From: Mobula hypostoma
Lineage: Eukaryota
Direction of reading: 5' to 3'
Length of the DNA stretch: 64,000 nucleotides
Assembly (NCBI RefSeq): GCF_963921235.1
Contig: NC_086101.1
Location: 14,570,001 to 14,634,000 of the forward strand
A program made the position numbers and the translations under genes. The notes beneath the pieces are model-generated. The model made no database searches. It had not been told where the DNA came from and saw nothing but the letters and a program-made list of their open reading frames with translations. Positions 24,744 to 37,460 of the stretch are shown piece by piece. Positions within the stretch are counted from its first letter, which is position 1; each line of letters opens with the position of its first letter.

Positions 24744-27367
24744 AAACTAAAGGAACAGCCTCTTCCCCTTTGCCGTCAGATTTCTGAATGGACAGTTAAC
24801 TCATGAACACTACCTCACTGCTTTCTTGTACTATTTTTAAAAATTTAACTATATATAACTATATATACATTTATTGTAATTCAGTTTTTATTAATATGTA
24901 TTGCAATGTAATGCTGTCACATGACAACAAGTTTCACGACATATGCCGGTGATATCAAACCTGATTCCGGTTCTCGTACTGAAAACTTTGAGTGTGTGTA
25001 TTCAGGTTCCTGTACCCCCTCATTGATGGCAGCAATGAGAAGAGGTGATGGGGGTCCTTAATGATAAGTGCAGCTTTTCGAAGGATCAAGCGCATTGGTC
25101 AAGACCTAGACTAGATTTGCACCAAACATTTCCTTCAGTTTATAGCGTTAATAAGTTAACGCGTATTTACGACAATCCGGTAGACTCGCTGTTGTTTGGC
25201 TTTTTATTTCAGATCCCAGGTTGATATAATCTCATACGTTACTCACTTCTCTAAATAAATGATCCAGAATTCTAAACGCAAGTCTACTAACATAACCGTT
25301 ATGAAACGGTCTCCCCACAAACGAGTCTCTTTTCGTTAATGTCTAGATTAGAGACAAATTATTATTAGCATTGGAATGGATCTCATAATTGGACGAACGG
25401 CTAATTTTCTGCGATCATTATTTGTCGTGTAATGGTTTACAGGAATTTTTGTAACATGTATACTCCTTTATTAAACTTATGCCAGGGCAATAATGCGTCT
25501 TATATATAAAATATCTGTATATTCGTGGACCTGTTACTTATCTTCTGGTCTTTGCAAGGTCCAGGTAATAAAGTTTGCAAGGCGAGGTAAGAAAGCAAAA
25601 TTACAAGGTATTTTGCACTGACGTGGATATCTTGCTGCTGGCGTAGTGGTTAGCACAACGCTTTACAGTACTGGAGACACGGGTTCAATTCCCGTTGCTG
25701 CCTGTAAGGAGTTTGTACGTTCTTCCCATGACCGCGGGGGCTTCCTCCAGGTGCTCCTGTTTCCTTTCAGAGTGCAAAAGGTAGGTTAATTGGTCATTGT
25801 AAATTGTCCCTTGATTAGGCTAGCGAGAAGTCGGAAGCTGCTGGGCGGTGCGTCTCAGAAGGGCTTTTTTCGCATTGTGTCTCAAAGGATAAAAAAAAGA
25901 GAAACATTATCTAAATATGAGAAAAAAATAAACTAAGGTTTTACTTCATTTTATTTTTAGGTTATTTTACTGTTTTGGTCGTGTGATTTTATGTTTTTTT
26001 GGTCACACGGTAATACATTAAGATATAGTACAAAGAGTATCTGTAAGTTTGGAAATGTAGGAGAAATATCAGAATGAATAGACATTCTTCTCAAAATATT
26101 TATGAAATCCGTAGTGCCGCTGTTCTATCTGTGTGTGCTCTTTTCCCCGATTTGAAATAGCTAATCGTTTTTTTTTTAATGTATCATAGATAAAAGATCT
26201 GGAAGTCAAGTCGTCAGTAGGGTAGGTAGCATTTTTCCATTTCATTTATATTGATGTCCAGTGAAGGGTCTTCGGCATGAATTGTCAGCTATTTCTCTTG
26301 CCACAAATGCTACCTGACCTGTTGAGTTTTTTTTTTGTTTTCCCACACTTTCGGTTTTTAGTCCAACTGTCCAATACTATGTTGCGATTCCAGCTTTGAA
26401 TCAATGCGGAACAGCGTAGAGCTCAATCTTCGTTGAATGTTTGGAAGTCGCAAAATAATTAAGAGCCTGTTCTTTCTGCGGCAGCCTGGTTATTGAACTA
26501 TTGGGTGCTAAGCAGCGTAAGTAATTGAGTTGAAAATGACAGCAGTGCGTCATAACTCGCATTGCTCCAGGCTTAAGACTACAAAGTCATAAAAGTTAGA
26601 TGGAATGCAAGACAAACGCACAGAAAACAAATCTGTGGGCTGGGTGAATAACAAATGGATCTCTTTCGGGCAAATTTCAGTAGGAATATCAGCACTTATT
26701 GTCAATTGTTGTATTCGACCAGTCCTAAAGGGAATGAGTCATAGCAGTAGAATTAGACCATTCAGCTCATGAAGTCTGCTCTGATAGTCAATCACGACTA
26801 ATTTATTAGTCCCCTGATGCCCATTCTCCTACCTTCTCTAAATGATCTTTGACGTCCTTACTTTAAGACACCCGCTTTAAAAATGCCCAAAGTCTTGGCT
26901 TCCGCAGGTGGCCGTGACAATGAATTCCGCAAATTCGCCGACCTCTGAAGAAATTCCTCATTATTTCTTTTTAGAAAGGGCTTTCCGCGTTTCGAGCTTT
27001 AGAAAGCTCACTCGCGTAGAGGTATTTGCCATGGTGCTACTTCAAGCTTGTTGTGTTGTCTGTTTAATTTAAGGAGGTGGTCCAGTCGCAAGCTGTACTT
27101 CACACTCAGCTGAACAGCAGAAAGGTGGAACGCCTTCATCCACCGGATCAGATTGATCATAAATCAGTGATGCCTGGAATACGGCACGAAGAGCCAGGCG
27201 TGACGGGTTTGGCATCTCTCGCGAAAAGCGATGAAGGTGGGGTTGTATACTCCGCCCTTCGGTTTCAGGATCATTGTAAGCAACACCTTCCATCTGAGCC
27301 AGTGAAGACGCCAGGAACAAAAGAAGAGTGGATCGTGTATGCGGCTGTCAGTGTGCGGCAGTTGTAA
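19191..27367 (+). CDS. Gene 1: NKp30/NCR3-like single V-domain type I membrane receptor with two ITIMs (predicted inhibitory); join(19191-19233,22133-22483,24424-24543,25559-25586,26023-26042,26190-26221,27074-27367), 295 aa
   Basis: All junctions are GT-AG and phases are compatible (total 888 nt, open throughout). Signal peptide MLREEVVWALLFLSGVAG; V domain; TM LFALPAVVLTLALVVVIYIL; ITIMs VVYSAL and IVYAAV. The three micro-exons are less certain than the other four exons. Confidence 0.8.
19268..19313 (+). repeat. (AC)n microsatellite in gene 1 intron 1
   Basis: Seen directly. Confidence 0.95.
21892..22047. mobile_element. Fold-back Penelope-derived remnant with 19-bp TSD
   Basis: TSD AGGGTAGAACTTCAAGCAG at 21873-21891 and 22048-22066; internal inverted arms ATGCTGGAGGAACTCAGCAG / CTGCTGAGTTCCTCCAGCAT. 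Confidence 0.8.
22133..22483 (+). CDS. Gene 1 V-type Ig exon (VJ-joined, NKp30-like)
   Basis: ttacAG acceptor, GTAAGT donor, phase 1/1, 351 nt; VTITQTP...EGGSVQLNC...WYK...YNGRL...FL..RASITI.DL..NETGKYYC......GTGTEITVK. Confidence 0.95.
23330..24150 (-). mobile_element. Rex1/Babar-type LINE 3' fragment in gene 1 intron
   Basis: Minus strand IEDP....SLF......GRRYRSL...T.RF.NS-type peptide. Confidence 0.7.
24424..24543 (+). CDS. Gene 1 stalk plus transmembrane exon
   Basis: ctccgtAG acceptor, GTACCT donor, phase 1/1, 120 nt; QHEDSIQKNVYLPELFALPAVVLTLALVVVIYILRRCRSP. Confidence 0.88.
24706..24741 (+). repeat. (CTAT)n microsatellite
   Basis: Seen directly. Confidence 0.95.
25559..26221 (+). 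CDS. Gene 1 cytoplasmic micro-exons 25559-25586, 26023-26042 (or 26029-26042) and 26190-26221
   Basis: Donors GTAAGA, GTAAGT, GTAGGT; phases 1-2, 2-1, 1-0 link the TM exon to the phase-0 last exon; GPGNKVCKAR YSTKSIY KRSGSQVVSR. Confidence 0.55.
25635..25880 (+). mobile_element. tRNA-derived SINE (V-SINE-like)
   Basis: A box TGGCGTAGTGG (25639-25649), B box GGTTCAATTCC (25682-25692), core CTTCCTCCAGGTGCTCCTGTTTCC. Related minus-strand copies near 11410-11680, 20040-20200, 28790-29010, 59480-59680 and 60040-60240. Confidence 0.75.
27074..27367 (+). CDS. Gene 1 terminal exon with two ITIMs
   Basis: ORF 27077-27367; VVYSAL at 27242-27259 and IVYAAV at 27332-27349; TAA stop. Confidence 0.85.
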   Translation, partial: EVVQSQAVLHTQLNSRKVERLHPPDQIDHKSVMPGIRHEEPGVTGLASLAKSDEGGVVYSALRFQDHCKQHLPSEPVKTPGTKEEWIVYAAVSVRQL

Positions 27368-27639
27368 TGTATTAATTTCTGAACGCAAGCGGGGTTTCCA
27401 GTATAGGCACCGGTTTTGTCGGATTAGTTGCATAGTTGATATTCCAGGAGTTCATGGCAATTTGTCTCCATGCTTTTGCTATTACCGGTATCGTTAAACT
27501 TAGACTTTAATCACCACTCGAAATTAACATTTTTATGCATAATTATTTCATTACATGCGGAAGAAGAAGGGACATTAAAATGGTAAACTGAAAAGTTAAA
27601 TGTTCTGGTGCTCCGAAGTGAAATGAAGTAAAATAATTA

Positions 27640-27645
27640 AATAAA
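27640..27645 (+). terminator. Candidate polyadenylation signal of gene 1
   Basis: AATAAA about 270 nt after the stop codon. Confidence 0.4.
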
Positions 27646-30229
27646 CTGATGGATTCTGGTACTTAGAGATCATTTCAATTTTCAGGAGTCAATTTCTCAG
27701 AGGATCATCGATCAGGAAGCAGTTCTGTTTAATTCCATGAATGCATTCCTCGTTCAGAATTTACTCTGTAGCTAGTTAGACCATTCAAGATTCAGGAACA
27801 GCTTCTTCCCCTCTACCATTCGATTCATGAATGGTAATTGAACCCGTGAACACTACCACACTGCAGCTTTATTTCTTCTTTGCACTATTCATTTAATTTA
27901 ACTATATATATTTACGTAATTCACTTTTTCCCTAATATTATGTGTTGAATTTACTGCTACCTCAAAGACAACAAATTTCCCAACATGTGCTGACATATTA
28001 AACCTGATTCTGAAAATGAATTCGTCATGAACAACGCCCCATCTTCCATTTATGTACTTTGAACTCTTCGGTACACGATAGCAAATTCAATCATTTCAGG
28101 TAATTCGCTTTCTCTGCATGAGAACTAGCCAATTCTTATATATGTATAATTTTCTTGTTTATCTCCAATAACGAGTCTGATCTATTCTTTCTTTTTATCC
28201 TACCTCTCGACATGCATTCAACAGGTCAAATATTCCACTGTTTGATGCTGACATCTCTATCTGCCTTCATTCTCTTATCAACCAGTTGACCGTATTAACA
28301 GTTTATCTCCATGGCAATGCTAGTCTCACACTTTTAAACACTTTTCCTTCTCACTTTCTCTTCAAATTGACGAGATTTTTCTCTTTTTATCTTCTCCTGA
28401 CCTGGCGTTTCGACCTGAAATATTGATATCGTTTTCTTTCCCTAGTGATGCTGCCTGACCCACCAAGTATTTCTGCAATTTTCTGTTTTTGTTTCAATTT
28501 TCCATAAACTATCTTTTTAAATTTCTGTTTTACACGTCAAAACGTCTGTTCAGATAACCAGAATGATATGTCGATTCTTCAGTACTAGAATAAGACACTT
28601 ACTAAACCAGTCTATATTAATGCTTATGTTCACACGAGTCTTCTTGAAGCCCTCTTTCGACCTTACCCCCAGTAGAGCTAGATATGTTTTATCTAATATG
28701 TTTTCATGATGCATTTTGTTTTTTTTACCTCAAGTGTACAGTCACACTATTCCTCGTGCCCCGAATCGGGATCTCTATCCATCGCAGTGTTATTCACTTA
28801 AAGATATTTACCTGGATACATGTAGAAACAGGCCCTGCCGGCCCAAAGAGCCCGGGCCGCTCAGTTATACCTACGTGACCCGGAGGAACCCCGCCCCGTC
28901 ACAGGGAGAATGTACGAGCTCATTACAGAGAACGGCGGGAACTGAACGCGGGTGGCTGGCGCTGTAAATCGTTTACGGTAATCGCTAAGGTATCTACGCG
29001 CCTAATATCTTTTCCTCCACACATGCCCCTAGACGCGTTGAGTTCTTCCGGCAGATTGATTGTTGCGAAGGAAAAAATGGTTGTTCCTGTTCATCCTGTT
29101 TGCTCCCCTAAAGTTTATGTACCACAAATCAGTGAAGGCCTGGCACATCTCCCTAACGCGTTTTGCCTGTCATTATGGGCATATGAAAAACACTCACATA
29201 TTGATCTTTATTATTTTTATGACCTTTTATTAAGGCTAGAAATACGACTACATACTTTATAAATAACACTTTTTCTGTGGTAAATTGGGGTAAACTATCG
29301 CCGCAAACAATGAAGTGGAGAGCGAAGACGAGGCAGACTCGAGAGTTGAGCCGTGCGGGTGCGATGCAAATTGTTCAAAGGCTTCGCAGCGAAGGAAGAT
29401 AAGGGGCGTGAGAGAGGTGTACTAGGTGATAAGAGGCATAAATAAAACTACAAAACCAATGCATACAGCCAATTCCATTACGGATAAAGACAATCCCTCG
29501 CTGTTAAACTGCTCACCCCCTTCGCTCTCTGCTGCAGGCGGCATCACAGTCCGCACCAAGGGCGGTTGCTTCAGTTTCTCCGCCAATGAGCAACTCGCTG
29601 ATGGGGTAGGCCTGCAGTACTTTAGGTTGTTAATGTTCAGCGGGGTCTTGCGATCGTAAACAATATGTTTCAATCACAGCCTTGGTTGACCCTGTAGAAG
29701 CCGGGTCATCTTAGCGGAAACAAGAAATGCCAGAAAACACTATGTAAATCGGGGCGGCTAAAAGAAGATAGGAGGTTGCTCCAGCAGACAACGTGAAGGA
29801 GAATCTTTAGGGGTTCTACAGATATATTCAATATTTAATTACATTTATTATGAAATAATGTATAAATTATACAACCTTGAGATTTGTTTGCTCACAGGTA
29901 GCCACAAAACAAGAAACCCGAAAGAACCGAATTTAAAGAAATAAAAATAAAAAAAAGAAAAGACTACCACTCGATGCGCAAGAGAATGTTTTTTTTTTAA
30001 AAAAAGCACATGATACAATCAATTGAAACAAACAATAGTATTCTGAATCAACCATCAGTCCTCAGATCTGAACCCCGAAGCAGCATGGAGTAGGCCCAAA
30101 ACCTCGCTTATCGGTTTATCATATTAGCGGGTATTAAGCAAAGCAGCTGGGACAGTCTTCATAGCCTCAGCGCCATGGAGATGACCGTCGCGGAGAACGA
30201 GCGAAATCGGCTCTCGTCCTGACCGACAC

Positions 30230-30920
30230 CCTCTCTTTTCATATATCGAGAAGAAAAGGATAGCAAGAGACAAAATTGGCCCTCTGAAAGATCAGAGTTG
30301 TCGTATACGCGTGGAGCCGAAAGAGATGGGCAGATGTTAAACTGATTTTTTGCATCTCTATTTACTCGCGAGATGGACACAGAGTCTATAGATGTGAGGC
30401 AAAGTAGCAGCGAGATAATGGACCATATACATATTACAGAGGAGGAGATGTTTGTTGAGGCAAATTAGGGTGGAAAAATCCCCAGGGGCTGAAAATATGT
30501 TCCCTCAGTCCTGTGGGAGGCAGGGGCAGAAATTGCAGAGGCCCTAGCTGAGATATTTAAAACAACCTTATCCACGGGCGAGGTGTCAGAGGATTGGAGG
30601 ATATCTAATGTTGTCCTATTGTTTAAAAGGGGTTCTAATCCAGGGCATTATAGGCTGGTGAGCCTGACATCAGTTGTGGTAAATTATTGGAAGGTATTCT
30701 GAGGGGCCGGATATATAAGTATTTGGATAGGCAGGGACGGATTAGAGGTTTGTGCCTGGGAAGTCGTGTCTACTCTTAGGGAGTCTTTGGAGCAGCTTCC
30801 AGGAAAGTTGACAAAGGCAGTGGATGTTATCCACATGGATTTTAGCAAGGTGTTTCACAAGGTCGTGCATGGGAGGTTGCTGAAGAACACTAGTTGCTTG
30901 ACATTCAAGATGAGATCCTA
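30230..30920 (+). mobile_element. CR1 ORF2 fragment, degraded
   Basis: KRIARDKIGPLKDQ...VEPKEMG; EVSEDWRISNVVLLFKRG; MDFSKVFHKVVH. Confidence 0.8.
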
Positions 30921-31198
30921 AATTGGTGGGAATTTCCACTGATCACAAAATGGGTGAGATATTTAACACAGTGGCTTTACAATTATAATTTTACTGATAA
31001 GGCAAAACAAACTGGCAGCATCATAGAACAGCAGGTGATCTCTCCAGTGGGAATTTTAACCCAGTTCGCCCATGGGAAAGGAGATTTAAAGTAACAGCGA
31101 TACGTGGTTAGTTGGTCACAAATTTGACATATATAATTGCATAAGGAAGATTAAATGGTATGAATCAGAGGGGGATCGAAGAGGAATTTAATACTCAG

Positions 31199-32023
31199 TG
31201 TGACAACAGATCAAATTATCAGAAGATTGATGCCGATAAGAGGACAATGGGGGAACATTCAGAAATGTTAATGGGGGACGAGAGAGATTAACGAAAAGGA
31301 GACACAGTTCCGAGTATTGTCAAGACCGGTTGCTTTGAACCTGAACTGTTTGAAGTTTGATGGACAGGCGATACCCCAGCAGGGGGATAAAAGGGACAGG
31401 TTCGCTAAGGCAAAGGACACACCACGACACCACGAGGTAACGAGACCCTGGAAGCGGTGTGCCCCCACAAGTTGGTGTGAGTTTTGGAGGACTGGTCGCG
31501 GGACCAGCCCTAAACGCACGGGGTGGAAAGGTACGGTCGGCGGGAACCCGGTGTGTGTGTCCGCCCTTGCCTGGGTGCCGGGTTCACCGCAGAAGAACGA
31601 TCGTATCTGGAACGAAGGGGTCACAGTCGGTGACCTCAGAAGACATTACAAAGGGCTCGCCCGAAAGCTAACTGCTAGGAATATCGAAGGTCTGTTTGGA
31701 ATTCAATTCGCATATTCATTCGCTCTCTCTCCCTCCCCAACGGCACAACAGCGATTACTGCGAACTGAAACTGAACTGAACTCTGTGTCACTTGAGACTG
31801 ATCATTTTACCCCTAGACTGCGATAGAGCTTGATTGATCCTATTATCCTAGTTCTGTGTACATGTGTGTTTATTCATTGCTAACCTGTTGCATTTATATC
31901 CTTACTATTAGAGTACTGTGTTACTTATTTCTTTAATAAAACTTTCTTAGTTCCAGTAATCCAGACTCCAACAAAGTGGTCCATTTCTGCTGGTTTGGCA
32001 ACCCAGTTACGGCGTACGTAACA
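31199..32023. mobile_element. Probable solo LTR
   Basis: TGTGAC...GTAACA termini, 4-bp TSD TCAG (31195-31198, 32024-32027), internal AATAAA near the right end. Confidence 0.6.
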
Positions 32024-32429
32024 TCAGATATAACATTACGGCTGGGAGGCAACTCACTATCATCGAGTGGAGTAATCTAAGCAGGGTTTGGGTTGGTGGT
32101 GCTAATGTTGATGGTCCTAATCACATCTTTCATTTCAGATTCATTCTACCTTCAAATTAACAGCTCCATCTCTGAACCGATTGCCTAATATCGGTAAAGC
32201 TACCTCTCCTCCTATAGCCCCCGCCCATACTTAACCACACACACGTTCACAGTACACAAAGTTTATAGGAATTAGACTGCATTTCTTCACTACTGGAAGT
32301 GTATGATAACTTCAATCAGCCTTGTGTTCTATGCAGAGGAATTAGAGAGACCCGGTGAATATTTATTTCCTTACTATCACATAGTAAGTAAGGTGGGAAT
32401 TGGACTGCGACCAATCACTGAACGGGATT

Positions 32430-33690
32430 CATTAGAAAGAGTGACTAAAAACAACGCAAGCGCAAGGGGAACGATCATGGTTGTGAATGGGTCAGTGCTC
32501 GGAGGGGCAGTGTTTTGTGCTGTGTGTGTGATGTACGAATTCTGGTAGGCCTCCGGTCTACCGGATAACCCCACCTGCACCAGGTACACTAAGCTGCACC
32601 TCCTCAGAGTCCGCATTAAGGAAATGGAGCTGCAACTCGATGACCTTCCGCTCATACGGGAGAATGAGGAGGTGATAGATGGGAGCTACAGGGAGGTAAT
32701 CACCCATAGGTAGGGGACAGGTAACTGGGTGACTATCAGGAGAAGGAAGGGAACTTCACAACCAGTGCAGAGTATCTCTGTGACCGTTCCCCTCAATAAT
32801 AAGTTTGCCACTTTAGATACTGTTGAGGGGGAGGACCTACTGGGGAGAGCTTCAGTAACTGGGTCTTTGGCACTGAGTCCGGTACTGTGGCTGAGAAGGA
32901 AAGAAAGGTGAAAGGGACTGCAGAAGGGATTGGAGATTCCATAATACAAAGAACAGAGACGAGGTTCTGTACGTGCGATAGTGACACCCTGATGATATAT
33001 CGTCTCCCAGGTACAAAGGTCAGGGATGTCACTCATTGGGTCCACAGCATTCCAAAGGGGTGGGCGAGCAAGCAGAAGTCTTGGTACGTATTAGCACCAA
33101 TGACATAGGTAGAAAAGGTGGGGAAGTCTTGAGAGAGATTTTGGGGAGCTAGGTAGAAAGCTGGAAAACAAGAGCCGCCAGAGTAGTAATCTCTGGATTG
33201 CATCCGGGGCCATGTTCCAATGGGGGTAAGAACAGGTTTAAACAAGAAACTAGTGCATTCCCGGCGCACATGACGAATAAATTATTCTCGGGGTTTCCAG
33301 CCGGGTACAGGTACCGATAAAATATATGTATGAAATTGATACCTGTACCCCGCTGAAACAATAGGATGATTTGGCAGATGAATACATGACTGAGGAATTG
33401 ATGCGGTGGGGGCGGGGGGCGGGAGGGGGTGGTCAGAGGTTCAGATTTATGTATCATTGGGATCTCTTCTGGGGAAGGTACGATCTGTACAAAAGGGACG
33501 GGTTACACCTGAACCCGAGGGGGACCAATATGTTTGCGGGTGTGTTTGCTAGATTTCCGCTAGCAGGATTTAGACTAATTTGGCGGGGGAATGGGAACTG
33601 AAATGATAGTGTTGAGGATGAGGTAGCTGGTTTACAAACAGAGGCCGTGGGTGGTGAGACCTCCAGCAAGAAGAGGCTGAATTCTCTCCT
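32430..33690 (+). mobile_element. CR1 ORF1 fragment (zinc-finger/coiled coil plus SGNH esterase), degraded
   Basis: IGDSIIQRTETRFC...LPGTKVRDV; YHWDLFWGRYDLYKRDGLHLNPRGTN; ends at the ORF1/ORF2 junction. Confidence 0.8.
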
Positions 33691-35846
33691 GCGTTTGTCG
33701 CATCACCCACAATCAGAATCGATGCAGAGTACCATAAAACCTTTGAAGAAAATTAGATTTAATGAGTGTAAATCCTTTTATTCTCACGCGCTGGGCTACC
33801 AGATTTATTGCAGGATTGGTATAACTTTTCTCATAAACAATGCTGTTCATATTACAATTTAAATGACATTCAATTAGCTGCATCTGGATGATTTACTTCC
33901 TTTTATCTTTGCGGTTGCTCTTACTGCGTCCATAGAGGAAGGCTAACCAACTTTCACACAATTCTTTTCCACAAATTAATTCACGGGGCTTGACCGCAAA
34001 AGGTACAGATCTGCAGTTTATCCTGGCTCGGTCGACTCCCACCTACCTCGAGGCCATTACCACCAGCCCCTCGATACCCCGTGTCCACCTCCACTCTACC
34101 CTCACCCAAGGGGTCCTGATTGAGAACGAATCCGAAAGAGTTACTTACTGACTATTTCCCCTCAGGTGTCGCCGCATCCGCTCTCCGAAATTTTCACTTT
34201 GACTCGCTTAAAAGCAATTGGTCAAAGTATAGTCAGTACCCACACTCTTCAATGTGAGAGGGGCAAAGACCCAAAACAGATGGTCCCGGAATGTCCTCCC
34301 GCAGTGTGACAGATTATTATCACCGCTTTGCCTCAATGTGTAAGGGAAAGCCTTTTTTAAAAATCAGTTTGCACCTATAAATGAGATGATCTGATATGCG
34401 TTTCAACCTCTCTTTGAAGCAATTACATACGTGAACAGGGATATATTTGTCAGCGTTTGATGGGAAATTAATGTGTCAGTTAGAATTTAAACTTTTGATT
34501 ATGTAGTTTGTTCGAGGTTTATTTGCCGCAGAAGGGATTGGTGTTTTGAAAGTATTGGCGAGCTTTATTTGTGTGGTGGGGTGGAGACAGGCCCATACCA
34601 AAGGAGGGAATAGGTTCCCCCGCTAGCGTGCAGGTCACCCTTGGGTAAGGTGTAGCACCTGCTTAGCCGCCCCTTGAGCCCCGAGCAGGATCACATGAAG
34701 CCATGGGAGCAGTTGACACATGGCTTAACTCCTGGTTACTCGATCACGGACGCCTGGTAGGCAATCTCTGAAAGAGAGTTGATAACGGCAGGGATCGCTC
34801 GTCTTGTAAAGACACTGTCCTGAAGAACGCAAAGGCCAACAACTTGCCAAGCACAATCATGGTCAACACCATGACCGCCTACGTCATACGACACGGCCTA
34901 AAATAATTGAATAGCCTATTTTATCCCATTGCAGTACAGCGTAACAACAGGTTCTATGAAATTCTGCAGGGGTTTTAATTTAAGCAATGAATGCCATCTT
35001 TTATCTTCTTAGCTCCATCAGCCCTACTAAGTACAGGTCACCAACGGCAGATCTCCAAAGTCCTCTGTCCTGGGCCGAGAGAAGGCTGATTGGCCATGTG
35101 GCTTCCGCTTTCACCACACGACTTCATACTTCTTCCAGGCGAAGATTCTTCCACTCCCGGGAAAGTGGTACCGTCCATATTTTTTACAGCTGACCAACCA
35201 TTACTCTGAGCAAGAAAATTTTACACGGCCTGAAAACTGCGCGGCACTTAAGATGTTCATATAAAAGAAAATTACATATGCGCGGCAACAAAGACCATGT
35301 GCGCAACTGTGCAGCTTAGTGGGAACAGTGTTTCCAACCCTCCTCCTTTCGGACCCGGACTTGGGACTTTCCATGGCGGAGTGAATGACTGTCACGTTCT
35401 GTCTGACGTAACCTTAGAGGGCGTTTGACAGAAATGTTCAAAATCCTGCAGGATCTTGACAAAGTGAATAACGAGCCGTTGCCTGCCCTGGGGAAACGAT
35501 CGAGAATAGGGGAACTGAGATGTAAGCTGAAATATTTTCATGATTTTGGTTATATATGTCTTTGAAATTATTATGGGAAGGGGCGGCGGAAGCACATCCA
35601 TTTGAATTAAAGACAAATTGGATGGGTTGTTGTACAGCCTGGAGGCTAGCAGCAGAGAATGGATGTGGGTGGATTCCTCTTACAAAATACTGAACAGCAG
35701 GCAAAGGTTTGATGGGCAACATATCTCCTGCTTTGCATCAGTGAAGCTATGACTCAATTTCCAAATAGCTTCATTGTAAACGAAATGGGTCGGGCTACAG
35801 ATGAGATTAAAGGCAAAACGTTTAAGGAACTGACCGTCAGTATACA

Positions 35847-36530
35847 TGTAGGGGTTTCTTCTTTTATGTTACTGCGTAGGCTAATTAAAATGGCTTCTTT
35901 GTTATGTTAGCTGCTGAGAAAGTTCTCTCGCTAGCAGCATGTTTGGATTATATTATTGATAATAGGACGAACGATCCAATTGTGATAGATGTTATTCTTT
36001 CTAGTGTGTCAGTAAGCCATTGTGATGCGCGGGTTTCTGGGGGAGAAGGCGCGATGGGGACAGAGAGAGCGGACGGGATGCTGTGAGCGGGCCGACGGGG
36101 CGGACCCGAGCCGGAGTCCGAGGTCCAGAGTCTTCGGCGAGGAGAGGAGAGGGAGACAGACACGTGTGGAGCGTCTGACCACCGTGGTTGGTCCCAGGCG
36201 GCGGATCGAGGTGGTCAGAGGGGATCGAATGGGGGAGAGAGGATCGTTACTAGAGCTCCAACTGTTTGTGCACGAAGAGATTACACTTTGCCAAGTTTGG
36301 CTCCTTTTATTTTCCTTTTATATTTTATCTCTGTTAATCATATAGTTCCAGTAATATCTATAAATTGTAATCAATTAATCGTATTTGGTATTTTCTCTGT
36401 TATTTGGCGGGGTGGGGTACAATCATACAGCATCCACACAAACAATTACTGTACCCAGTTTGGCGGGGCCGAGGGCTGCTTTCCATAGGCAGCGAGTTGA
36501 GCGAGCCCGAGGCTTACCAGGGCGGCTACA
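35847..36530. mobile_element. Solo LTR (684 bp)
   Basis: TGTAG...CTACA inverted termini; 4-bp TSD TACA (35843-35846, 36531-36534). Confidence 0.75.
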
Positions 36531-37079
36531 TACAGAAATCAGTGGGTACAGGGTACGAGTCATCCGTCAGATGCTACATATATCTGCAAAATCAGATACT
36601 TGAACCACCGTGTATATTACATTATATGGTGTAATTAATGCGGATACCTAAGATTTTACACATTTGATCCCGTAGTTAATGTGGATCACTACAGGTCCTA
36701 AAGAGAGAAATTACGCCTAACTAACCGCTAAGATTGTCCAATTGCAATGACAGCAAAGTCTCAGCTAAACCACGAACGTAGCAATACTTCACAACAAATT
36801 ATATATCTGTAGATTAATGCATGGTGGGTTCTTTAGGGAAACTGTGTATTTTCAGTTTGCACCTCCAGAACTGGCGATATAGAGTGATCATCAATGCCAC
36901 AAATAAACCAGAATGTGGCAGATAATTATTGGTGGCACTAACCTAAAGGGAATTTATTTTTATCTAATACGTCGGCAAGACATTGTGTAAGCGTTAAGTG
37001 CTAGTACCGAAAAAGTGGACCAGACATCTGTACCTTTGCCACCTAACTGTATCTGACCCATGCGTTATTTATTTTTTCT

Positions 37080-37460
37080 TTCACATTCTTTCTTTCTCTC
37101 TTCTTTTTCTCCCTCTGTCCCTCTGACTATACCCCTTACCCATCCTCTGGGTTCACCCCCCCTTTTCTTTCTCCCCGGACCTCCTGTCCCATGATCCTCT
37201 CATATCCCCTTTGCCTGTCCGGCTCTTGGCTCCATCCCTCCCCCTTCTGTCTTCTCCTATCATTTTGGATCTCCCCCTCCACCTCCCACTTTCAAATCTC
37301 TTACTAACTCTTCCTTCAGTTAGTCCTGACGAGGGGTCTCGGCCTGAAACGTCGACTGTACCTCTTCCTAGAGATGCTGCCTGGCCTGCTGCGTTCACCA
37401 GCAACTTTGATGTGTATTGCTTGAATTTCCAGCATCTGCAGAATTCCTGTTGTTTGACTG
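37080..37460 (+). mobile_element. Penelope-like 3' UTR/pLTR with minimal hammerhead motif
   Basis: Pyrimidine-rich tract, then agtcCTGACGAGGGGTCTCGGCCTGAAACGTCgact (37322-37357), then the GATGCTGCCTGGCCTGCTG...CCAGCA terminus shared with other copies. Confidence 0.8.

Noticed and set aside
29422-29673. Overlapping ORFs with a QPP.VRT motif and hydrophobic end
   Set aside because: No Ig Cys/Trp pattern and no consistent splice phase; left unassigned.
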